NCBI RefSeq assembly: GCF_009914755.1
Contig: NC_060929.1
DNA length: 64,000 nt
Source: the human T2T-CHM13v2.0 reference genome, Homo sapiens
Direction: 5' to 3' (one strand)
Shown: piece after piece, positions 16,996 to 30,562 of the stretch
Layout of the letters: each line of letters starts with the position of its first letter
Numbering within the stretch: position 1 is the stretch's first letter
Notes under the pieces: model-generated
What the model was told of the DNA's origin: nothing
What the model saw: the letters and a program-made list of their open reading frames with translations, nothing else
The model's database searches: none
Translations under genes and position numbers: made by a program

Positions 16996-18129
16996 AAGTG
17001 TAAGCAGTAACCTTTTTTCTTTGGATTAACCCTAGCCCTGAGGTCTGGAAGCTTGTAAAGTCTGGTCATAGTAGTAACCTGTAATTCATGCTAGGACTCA
17101 CATGACCATTTATTCTCAAATTCTACAACATTGATTGATAGCAGTATTCTATTACATTAAAATGAGCTCTCTTAGAGGGTTTGATTAGTTCAGATTTATC
17201 ATCTCAACTAGACATCTTTTGGATAGTGAGAGTGGGAGGGCTAGTTAAGGAGAAGAGGGGCAGCCACAACCAAACAGCCATTGCAAGCATTTAAGCTGTG
17301 TGAGCTGAATTGGAGAGGGGAATTTGTACAGCTTGGTATAGCTGAGGATGGCCTCTTTAGAAATTACTGTGAGTCAGTAATTTACAGAAAATTATTGACT
17401 ACACTTTTGCTGTAATTAGAGGTAAAAAGGTATGTGTGAGCACTAAGAAAGAACCAAGGCCCAGATACTAGAGAATCAGTTTGAGTTTTTCTCTGAAATG
17501 ACCTGTGGTCACCTGTATGCTCAGCCCTCTCCAGGGTGGAACAGGCTGGACAGAAGAGAGTGAAGGATCTTTAAGCCTGCTCTCTGCCTGGGTGATCTGC
17601 TGAGCAATGAGATGCATGTGGCAGGACAGGATGTTTGATTTCAGGAGACGATACAGGATTAAATCTAAGGGGCACATCTCACACTGAAGAGCAAAACACA
17701 TCAATACCAATCTCCTGAGCATTATGTTCATTGTGGAGATTTTTTCATGACCAGTGTTTCTCGAAGTATGCTCCTACGCTAGGTAAGTCTTGAATTTATT
17801 AATTACTTTGCCAGTTAGCAAAAATAATGGGTAACCTCTACACTGGAAGCCGAGAGAAGATGGCAGATGATTTAGTTTACAATTATATATTTAAAGCTTA
17901 ACGGATTGCTTTTTTCATTTTGGTGTGCTTGGAACACAGCCCTCCTACCCCTATCCCTGCCGCTTGTTTTCCATCCTGAGCAAGTTTGAGAGCTGCAGAG
18001 GGAGGTATGGGCACTCTTGCATCAGGATGTGAGTTTTCTAACAGCTGCTCCCTAAGGCCAAAAGAAGAGCCTCACACTAACAGCTGGAGTTAGGAGGCTG
18101 AATGCAAAAGATGGCTTTAATACTGCGGC

Positions 18130-18245
18130 TCTCAAATGAGTGTGCATTTACCCAGAGGACCTGCTTAAACAGACTGCTGGGCCCTGCCCCAGCGATTTCT
18201 GATTCTCTTGTTCTGGGGTGGGGCCGGAACGTGGCAGTTAACAGT
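18130..18245. mobile_element. MER5A-like hAT fossil
   Basis: aaacagactgctgggccctgccccag...gatttctgattc...tctggggtggggcc pattern. Confidence 0.6.
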
Positions 18246-18871
18246 TGCTGCTGCTGCTGCACTAATAGGTTGGAATTTCAGTATGAGGTGCCTGGTGGGG
18301 CTTGAATGAATGGTTTTACAAAACTGTTTATTCAGTAGCACAAGGTTGGGAAACACCTGGGGAGAGACCGAGTGTTGGCTAATAAAAATTTAATTGGAAT
18401 TAACCCGAGAGATGTAATAACTAACTAGAAAATGTTATTTGAATTTGGTGCTCCTCACACGCCCCCCTCCTGTCCCAGAACAACACTGAAGGTCTTCTCC
18501 ATCTCTTCAACCTGTGGAGTGACTGCCCCAGAGAGAGGCATTTGCCATCACCTATTCCGTTTACCCTCCTGTTTGTTCCCTGCACTCTGCTGCAAAGGGC
18601 CAAATAGGGGGAAAAATTGAGCTCCTGTTAAGGGTATGTATCACTGTCCACTCCCCATCCTCACCCCACCTGCCCTATGAAGTTTGACTCCTTTGAACTT
18701 TAATGTCCCAGGATTGTAGTGCTGGAGCAGGATTAGACCCAGGCAACAGCATTCCAGTTGGCTAATTCTGAAGCCAGTTGGCAGGGAGCATAAAAGTAGG
18801 AGGGCCTTGTGCCAGCTGCTAAGCATACAAGGTGTGTATGTGTGTGCGCGCCAGCTAACTAAGCATACGGG

Positions 18872-18914
18872 GTGTGTGTGTGTGTGTGTGTGTGTGTGTC
18901 TGTGTGTGTGTGTG
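18872..18914. repeat. (GT)n microsatellite
   Basis: ~21 GT units with one interruption. Confidence 0.95.
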
Positions 18915-19429
18915 TTGGAAGGAAAGCATCGGGAAGTAATCCAAACTAGAAGGGCTATGGTCATCTACCCTGTGTTGATTATGGAAGTCCTTTGCTTTCA
19001 TGTCACTTGCAAATTTGAAGTGGGCTGGAGTGGAGGTGGGGGGGTTGCAGTTGGGGCAATTCTGTCTCCACTCTAAAATCAGCTGGGATTGTACTCAGTA
19101 GAATCCTTGGACACAATAAAGCAAATAGAGTATTAGCCCTGCGTGATGTGTGATGTTCTCCTGTAGCCCTGAAGCTCACGAAGGAATTAACAGAGGAGCC
19201 TCTACCTTCCTGCCCATTTCACTGTCTAGACTTGGGCTATAACCTCAAAGGGCTCTTACAATGAAATCAAGCTTTGGTGCACTTCCTCAGTCCTTTCTGA
19301 TCTAAGACATAACCTGTGAGCTCTCGTTCTTAAAACTCCATCCTCTAATAACAAAAGGTACTCAGATCTGTATGGAGAGCTCGCCTACCTCAGGCCAATC
19401 CTCTTTCAACACACCTGGATGCTTTTACC

Positions 19430-19730
19430 CAGTGGTCCCAAACCTTTTTTTGGCACTAGTGATCGGTTTCATGGAAGACAATTTTTCTACAGATGGGGTG
19501 GGGTTGGGAGGATGATTTTGGGATGAAACAGTTCCACCTCAGGTCAGGCATTAGATTCTCATGAGTGCAACTAAATCCCTCACATGCGCAGTTCACAATA
19601 TGGTTCTTGCTCCTATGAGAATTTAATGCTGCTGCTGATCTGACAGGAGGCAGAGCTCAGCCTAATGCTCGCTCTCCTGCTGCTCACCTCCTGCTGTGCA
19701 GCCTGCTTCCTAACAGGACATGGACCAGTA
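19430..19730 (+). mobile_element. MER1 (Charlie3) hAT fossil
   Basis: cagtggtcccaaaccttttttggcac...ggtttcatggaagacaattttt...gatctgacaggaggcagagctcag. Confidence 0.85.
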
Positions 19731-19920
19731 CCTTATTCAACTGTACAACAGTTAAATAACTGAAGCTTGCTGGTATAGCCAAGAGAATGGTAATTTTAAA
19801 TGGAAAGTTATTGGGGGAAAAGCCATCTTTAACTTGCTCAGGACAGCATTTAACTATGCCAGTAGAACTCAAACCTTGAACACCCCATCAGAAAAAGTTC
19901 TGGACACGCACCTCCAATAA

Positions 19921-20128
<208 letters not shown>

Positions 20129-21265
20129 TAATATTTCTTGATAAATTATATTGAATTATATACATTATCAAACAAAAAATTAAATGATAAAAAATATATA
20201 AAAATAAAAGCCAAAGATTTTTTATTCTGTACTGCAGAGATAAATCTTGCCCCCATTTTTTCCAGACTGAGGTCTCTGGAAGGCAGGGACTATGTCTTTT
20301 CTTGTTACCTTAAACAAGTGCCTTACATTAAAGGTCTAAGTTTGTTGAATGGCCGAGGCAATAAATTAATATACTCCACACTTATGCCAAACAGAAAACA
20401 GTCACAACAGAGGAAGGCAGTGTTGAGGGAGCTGGAAATCCAGAGACTTCCATTCCAGTCCTTGCTATGGCACTGACTAGCTGTGAGACCTTACGCTATT
20501 CACTTCCTATCTCGTCTTCAGTTTCCTTGTGAAATGACAGTTGGATTCGCTGGCTTCTAAGGAGGTATCTAGCTCTACGTAGTCTATGAAATGCTGTATT
20601 TATTGTGTCCTCATATAAACACAGAATCAGTTTATCATCCAAAGATGGAAACATGTATATTTTTGTAGTGGATGATATGAATCTCATGTGTATTGATACT
20701 TTAGAGAACAGCCTAGTACCTTCCACAGAGCACCACAGGGATTGTCAGCAGAGGTGACTCAGTCAATCTTTGTTTTCATCGTCTCTCCTCAGCAGTTGCA
20801 GCTAACTAGCCATAACCCTTTGCAGCCCAGACCTACTGTGGGCTGCCCTGCATTTCTTTTGACCCCTTGCTTATCTGCCACTATCTCTGGCTGGGAGAGC
20901 TGGCATCTCTTTATAAAGCTTAAGTCCTAGGGGAAAAGAAGATAATGGTGTTCCTTTTCCTGGATCTCATCCTTGCACCTTCTCATTGAAGTTAAAAACT
21001 CTTCTGCCCCTCCAGGTTCATTTACTGCTATTCACAACCTATCCATATTTTTTTTTTCACTTTTTTGCCACCTTAAACATACACTCCATTGAAACTGCTC
21101 TCTGACTTTAGGTGGGGCCTTGTGTTCTACTGGTCAGTTGAGCTGATAAGCTACAGCCTAGCTTATTAGTAGAGCTTCTAGACTAATACAACAAGCAATA
21201 TCATAGTAGTTATATAATCCAAATACAAAGGAAAAGGACATATTATAGAACTGAATAACAGTTGA

Positions 21266-21885
<620 letters not shown>

Positions 21886-22687
21886 CTATTCAAACGAAAC
21901 CAGGTGGCAAGACCCACAGATATTTCTAAAACGTGTACAATAATAATGCTCCAAAAAGTCCCTCGGTGTCTCCCATTGCTGGCAGAACAAAGATCAAACT
22001 TTACACACTTCAAGGTTTTCTACCAACTGCCTGTGCCTCTCCCCCTAGTCTTCTCCCTTACTGGTTATGTCCTGGAGGTAGACTAAACCCCAGACAAGCC
22101 AAGTAACTTACAGTTCTGCTCAAAGCCTCCAAATGTTTGCAACTTGTCATTATTCCTGTCTCTTGCTCATCTTCCTATCTCTACCATTCAAAACCCAGCA
22201 CCTAGCACATATTTGTAGTTGCCTTAGTATTCCTTAGTATTTGCATAGTACTTTAAAGTTTTTAAAGCACTAAAATACATTATCTTGCTCTTCCCCAAAC
22301 CACCCTGTGATGTAGCCATAGTAGGTGGCTTTGTATAATTTTATAGATTAAAATAGACTTAGACACATTAAAATGATTTGCCCAAGATAAAAGCTGTTCA
22401 AGTGAGAGAGCAAGAGAACCTCTGGTCTTCTGACTTCTAAGTCTCATTCTTTCTCAGTATGTTTAACACATGGTAACCAGGAACTTGGAAATTTACTTAG
22501 AAATAACAACAACAAAAACCTACTGGATGCTGGGAATGAAAAGTGAGTCACAGACTATAAATTGTAGTTTTAAATTAAAATGAATACCATTAATGTGGTG
22601 CTATCAATGTACAGAGGTTGGTAAACTTAAAACACAGCAACAACCTATTTCCTATCTATCTTTTGAGAACTGAGAACCAAGAATTAA

Positions 22688-23069
<382 letters not shown>

Positions 23070-23654
23070 AGCCTATTTCCTTTAACTTTGGATACATTTC
23101 TTAAAAGCCTGGTTATGACAACAATGAAGGCTATATGCTGGTTATCGTTTATCTCCAATCCTTCATGGCATGTAGTAGGAGCTCAATAAATACTTGCTCT
23201 GGGAACTGTTTTAGGGTGCTGGGGAATTACTGATATCCAATTTGCTAAAGTGTTTTGGACATTGACTAAACCTTGATTTAGCTGCTGCACGCAGATTCCC
23301 TGCTGCTGGACCCAGTTACCACTTAAACCTCCCAATCCTAACAACGGTAATACAGAAAAGAACCACAGTAAACCAAGCTGCAGTGAATCCAAAGCTCGCT
23401 TTATTTCCTCAGTGGTCATTCTGTGGCAGGCAGCCAACAAAACAGTGATAGTTATATTGCAGCTCATCCTTGGGTTGAAAATCTGGGATAAAATCCTTGG
23501 GCTTGTTTGTAGTAGTGTTTTATGACTCAGTTTCCTGTTTCATCCTCTGAGCTGGAGGACAGGAAGAAAGTTTAAGCACCTAATTGTGATCAAATTTCAT
23601 CTTTACTGCCCTCCTTTCTGTATCTGGTGGGATTTTGTAAGACACATCGTTATA

Positions 23655-24257
<603 letters not shown>

Positions 24258-25562
24258 TTTGGAATTTTGTGAAGCCAATATTGAAGTGTGGGACTAAGAC
24301 CCATACACCAAAATTGCTAGTCTTCAAGCATGTTAGCTCTTTCTAGTCCATCAAACACTATATTCTAGATATTACACATAGGCATTAAAAAGTAGAGTCT
24401 AATGGGAAAAAAAAAAACTTAAGAGTCAGGGAATCAGTAGGTTTGTAACCCCAACCTGTTCCCTCATCTGTAAAACAGGGGTGGTACCACCAATCACCGC
24501 TACCACCTCCACAGGACTGTTGAGTGGGGAGGAGTCAGAAAAGGCATAGTGCCGGTACAGACACGGCGGAGATACCCTCACACACCACCTCATCAACCAC
24601 AGAGCCTGGGTGACAGGAAAATCCTGGTTTGGCATCTTCTAATAACTTCAGAGATCTTAAAGATTTGTTCTAGTACTAACCTCACAGAATTCTATAGGAA
24701 GAGAGAATGAAGAGGCCAAATAAAGTAGCTTCACTTATGGTATTTGTGCAAGGCTATTCAAAGTATACAGATGTGGAACGTTCACAGAAAATGTGTCTTA
24801 AAAGGTAGACAATATAAATGATAGTATGAACTCTGTTGTAACCAAGTTCGAATAATGGCAAGAAAATCTGGAAGATCCTATAAAAGCAACCTCATTTGAA
24901 ACTGCTAGTTAGAACTACACCTTATTTGCAGGTTATATGCCAAAGTCAAGTCTAAAGAAAAACTGCACAGTTAAAAGTGCCCTAGAAAATCCCTCTAGGA
25001 ATGAGGACCACATAATATTTCTCTGTCATCAAATTCAACACAAGTCAGATTTTCCCTCCAGCATCCCACCAGATTAAGTAGTTGGCTTTTGTTTACAGAT
25101 CACATTGTTTGGATGGCATGTATCTTTGAACACTAGGAGAGAAATATGCTCAGTGCCTTTCAATATGAATCCACTGACTGAGTGAAATGGAAGTCCACAC
25201 TTCCCATTTCATGGTTGTTCTAGGGCATAAATTACCTGAGTGCAACAAGTGGAGCTGAGATTAAACGAGATTTAAATAAATGAGATTATTTATTTATGAT
25301 TAAATGCATACAGCTCAATTACAAAATAAGTGTGTATCATTCACCAGCACTGTGCTTCCATTTTAGAAACACCCAAGTGAATATGGCTTCTCTACCAATC
25401 TTTTAAAACTTCTGGATGTGATCCACAGTAAGAAATTCATTGTAAACTGTAACCCATTACACACGTATGTGTAATACATATGACAAAAGATACACAAAAT
25501 ATTTATTACATGTCATGTACTTGATATATTCCTCCTGTTATATTTTGTTAAAAAAAAAACTG

Positions 25563-25900
<338 letters not shown>

Positions 25901-28900
25901 CTAACTGGGTTACGGGAAGAACACTGAATTTCAAGCTCTTAACTATTCAGAGTAGGGCAATATCTCAGGGTTAAGGAAAACAAATCAAGCCAGCATATTT
26001 GTCCATAATATTTTAATACTTTTCCACTTTAAATACTGGTTTTAATTCTGTGATTGTAACATGGAAGATCCAACTTTATTGTGTTTAAAAAACATCATCA
26101 GGATCATAAAGCTATTATAGAAGTTACTCTACACACTCCCAAGGTACTTTAAAATGATTATGTTTTGAGTCTGTAGATGAACCATGACAAAATCCAAATA
26201 CATCGTCTGTACAACTCGGACTAAATACTGGTGAAAAGTGTTTAATTGGACAAATAACTGATAAGCTTAAAGATAACCAGCACAATTTCACAAGAGAACC
26301 AGCTCAGCCCAACTAAAAATTTCTTAATAGCAATTGACACTGAAGTTGTATTAAGTGTATAAATTAGTTGATGAAACTGAACAAATAGAAAACCCATTCC
26401 TCCTTTTCCTTATTTTGCCTTCTTACACCTCCCTTGCAGATATAACCCTCCTTTGGTTTAGCTACCCCTGTGGCAATTCCAAACCAAGTACTGCAGTGAT
26501 CATCCTCTACCTCAAAACCAGGAGTCCTGAATTCCAACTGAAACACTGTACTCTCTTGTCCTGTACAGTGGGCAGTCAGGGACAAAATCCCCACATCACC
26601 AATATATTTCAAGTTTCTAACATAGCACAAAAGAGTAACTGAGTAGAAAAGAGAGTAAAGGGTAGTTTTTTTTCTTTTAGTTTGGGGGAAGACAAATATC
26701 TGTAGATGAGAAAACATGAATATTCAGGATGTAGGAATCAGCTTAATGAAAATAATTGTAGAGGGTCTAAATGTTGTCCAGAAGGCCAGTACCTCTCCAA
26801 ATTCTGACCTCTTTTGGACTCTTTCCACATTCCCCAATTTATTTCTCAATCTGATTGGGTGGGATTAACTCTAGTGAGGTACAAGTGCAGTTATCTAAAG
26901 GTAAAATGTTATCTTTTCTTCTTTTAATACAAATATTTTAGTGTAATCCTTTTATTTACAGAATCAATTGCAAAAGTATATCATCACATTTAGTCCAAAT
27001 GCAACTAATGATAATTAGATTTAGATATTGCTTTGTAAACTTGCCATACTTCTGTAAAATAAAGCTATCCAATTCAGTTATGAAAGAGTTAACTGTCTGT
27101 GTTCATGATAGTTACCAGAAATGGCAAACAGAGAAACATTTATAGTGCGCATATAGAATTTTTTTGAAGATTCTTATCAGCGGCTATGGTGAATAAACCT
27201 GCCCTCCCCAACCCCCCCATTCTCCCATCCCAACCCCATACCCCACAGCTGATTGTAAAATAAAATACACATTTGAGGTATAAATTTTTCTTTTTTAAAC
27301 ATCACAATATAAAATGTTAACTGGTGATGTAGTAAACCAACATGATAATTTGTCTTATTTGCCTTACTAGCATTACCACCATATAGGCACTTTTCCACGT
27401 AGTCAAATTATGAACAGCATTTTTCTATAAGGCATATTCCATGCACATCATTTACAGAAAGGTAAATTAAAAAATAGAAAAGATTATGGAGCATGAAATC
27501 CGCGTGCATGTAATGTAAGCATATGTTTTATATGTATTTTTCTCTCTGTACAGAATAATAAATATCACTATATCTGATGCAAGTAATTCACTTCCAGGAT
27601 TGTGCATATTAAGCGATCAGACTAATCCCATCATTAAATTATTATCTTGCACTTATCATTAAGACTCCATTACCATGTATGTGATATATACAGGACATGT
27701 TCCATGTAACATGATTTTCCGCTTTACAAAATGGGTCTGATTTCTGTGTTTTTACAGAGCTGAACAAGTCAGCAAAGCATCTACAAAATGCCTCTGATTT
27801 GTATAAATACACTGGTGTGTAAACACAATGAAGATTTTGAAGTGGGCAGTCATTTCAACTTCAGTGAGTACTATTCCTTGCCTCATCTCCATGCTTCAAT
27901 GTTGTTTACAGGACTTAAACTGAAAAAGGTATTTTACATTTTAAGTTCTTACAGCAACAAAGAAAAGCATTTCAGTTTAAATCATGTGGAATCCTTACCG
28001 CTCTGCTGAAGTTTCTGATCAAAAGGCAAAGAGAGGCATTGCTCACATTTTCTATGTATACTTTGCAACATATCTTTTAAACTGACCCAAACTGGAAGAA
28101 CAAACATATATACCCGTTACTGAATACCAGAAATATTGAATTAAATGTCAAACTCAGTCTGATTTGCTTTAAACAAGTGATACCATATACTATCTTAGAA
28201 ATTTCAAGAAAACATGAACTTATCTTGACCATTTTCCAGAAAGTAGTCTATACCAACAAGATTTGTACAGATGTTTCTGTTTGGAGACAGGCAGAACCAA
28301 TTTAGGGCTTACCAAATTGTGTTCATAACAAACTGAAAAAAATCTCTAGTACACAGTACACAACTAAAAAATATAATAGAAATATAAAGATATCTAGGGG
28401 AAGAAATAAAGCTTTTCACTTTCTCCATCAGAACCAAGGTTCTTCATGGGAGTAAGACTATAGAAAAGGCAAAATCACAGGTTACTGACAGCCCTCAGTT
28501 ATTAAGAGACACATGACAACATGAATCATTATAGAAATCAGCAGCAATGAATTCTATGATTATACAAAGCAAAAAAGTCAAAAAATTCTGGACACAGATT
28601 TGACTGTAGGCCTGAAAAAAGAACCTCATCCAGATATTTGGTGCACAGAAAGCACATGCCCCATGTGCATTCAACTTTTGTGCTTTTCTTTTGTGCACAA
28701 AACCTGATACAACAGAGGATCTTAGGCCGGACCATAGTAAATTAAAAATTCTGAAAAAGTATCCAAAAATTAAAGCATCAATTCCTAGTTGTGATTCAAA
28801 GTTGATTTTTTTTTCTCTTCTAGGAGCAAGCAAATAAAAATATAGCCATATACATGTAATTTTACATGTATTTATAGTTATATGCTGAGCAAGGAGATCT

Positions 28901-29329
28901 AGCAAGAGATAGCTAGTGTTAGATGTTCAGCTTTGCTATTGCAATATTTTGTCATTTTTGTACACAAGGCCAAGGTCTTGGGCCACAGACAAGGCTATAG
29001 ATCCTACGTTCCAGCTTAGAGCATTCAGCTTTTTTTTTTCTTTTTTTCTCCAACATGGAATGTCACACAGCCTTGCTTCAGTCACTGAAGGAAAAAAAAA
29101 AAAAAAAAAGACAAGTAAAAAACTCAGCAGTATGTTTGCTACGAACAGCTGCAAGACTACCAGAACAGAGTTCTCCCACCCTCCATATTCATGGAATGCA
29201 TGGAATCTCTATTAAAATTTATCATTATGAATGCAAAATTATTAACCTTACAAATTTGAACTTATTCCATCAGCAAGGAATCAAAGGTATATGGAATTTT
29301 TCAAAAGTTAGAAAAAAAAACGGGAACAG

Positions 29330-29975
29330 TCCTCTCTACAGTCCAGGCCTCCAAGATGACAAAGAAAAGAAGGAACAATGGTTGTGCCAAAAAGGGCCAC
29401 AGCCACGTGCAGCCTGTTTGCTGCACGAACCGTGCCTGATGCGTGCCCAAGGACAAGGCCATTAAGAAATTCGTCATTTGAAACACAGTGAAGGTCGCAG
29501 CAGTCAGGGACATTTCCGAAGCGAGTGTCTTTGATGTCTATGTGCTTCCCAAGCTGTTATGTGAAGCTATATTACTGTGTGAGTTGTGCAACTCACAACA
29601 AAGTAGTCAGGAATCGATCTCATGAAGGAGAAGGATCGAACACCTCCACCCCAATTTAGACCTGCGGGTGCTGCCCCATGACCCCCACCAAAGCCCATGT
29701 AAGGAGCTGAGTCCTTAAAGACTGAAGATGGACTATTCTCTGGAGAAAAATAAAATGGAAATTGTACTTAATATTGCATGCTGAGTGTATCTGTGCCACC
29801 TAGGGTGAGAATTTTGTGTGTGTGTTAGACCAAGTGTGAAGTGACACAGTGTATTTTCATGGAGAAGAAAGCTTATTCATGTAAATCAAATCTTAATTGT
29901 TTGCAGTCACATCCTTGGCCTCACAATTTGCATAGTTGTGTAAAATAAAGGGGGCACAGGCACCTGAAAAAAAAA
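29330..29975 (+). pseudogene. RPS26P: RPS26 processed pseudogene (ATG 29356, ancestral stop 29700-29702) with extended 3'UTR and short A-tail
   Basis: Intronless [41 protein letters not shown]...PPPKPM*, matching eS26; premature TGA at 29437, a frameshift, AATAAA at 29749 and 29944. Confidence 0.95.
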
Positions 29976-30195
29976 GGGCAATATAGGTGAGCAGAGGTAA
30001 TCAGTGAAAGGTCTCTGGATTTTTACTCCACAACATGGCATTTCTTTCCTCTTAGCCTGCAATAAAAATTATGACATACAATACTACTTACCAAGAATTT
30101 AAAAAATGTATTCAAGCTATGAGAGAGAGGCCTGCCTTATTTAATCAACAAACATGCTCAGACCTCTTTGTCAAATGAGTTTAAAAGTTTTTACT

Positions 30196-30478
30196 GGCGG
30201 GGCTAGGTGGCTCGCACCTGTAATCCCAGCACTTTGGGAGGTTGAGGCAGGCGGATTGCTTGAACTCAGGAGTTTGAGACCAGCTTGGGAAACATGGTGA
30301 AACCCCAACTCTACTAAAAGTATAAAAAATTAGCCGGGCATGGTGGTGTGTGCCTATAGTCCCAGCTACCCAGGGAGGTAGGAGGAACACCTGAGCTTGA
30401 GAAGTTGAGGCTGCAGTGAGCTGAGATCGCTCCAGTGTACTCCAACCTGGGCGACAGGAGTGAGATGCTGTCTCAAAA

Positions 30479-30525
<47 letters not shown>

Positions 30526-30535
30526 AATAAATAAA
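30196..30535 (+). mobile_element. AluJ-like
   Basis: Dimer; TSD aaagtttttactg. Confidence 0.92.
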
Positions 30536-30562
30536 AATATATATTATATATAATATATATAT
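30477..30562. repeat. (TAAA)n Alu tail plus a 26-bp perfect AT palindrome (30537-30562)
   Basis: Read directly. Confidence 0.9.

Noticed and set aside
28495-28905. 136-aa ORF sense to CERT1 within its 3'UTR
   Set aside because: Begins with TTG, composition typical of AU-rich UTR, no recognisable domain
29055-29513. ORFs 29055..29465 (+) and 29301..29513 (-)
   Set aside because: Out-of-frame or antisense readings of the RPS26 pseudogene and adjacent A-tracts
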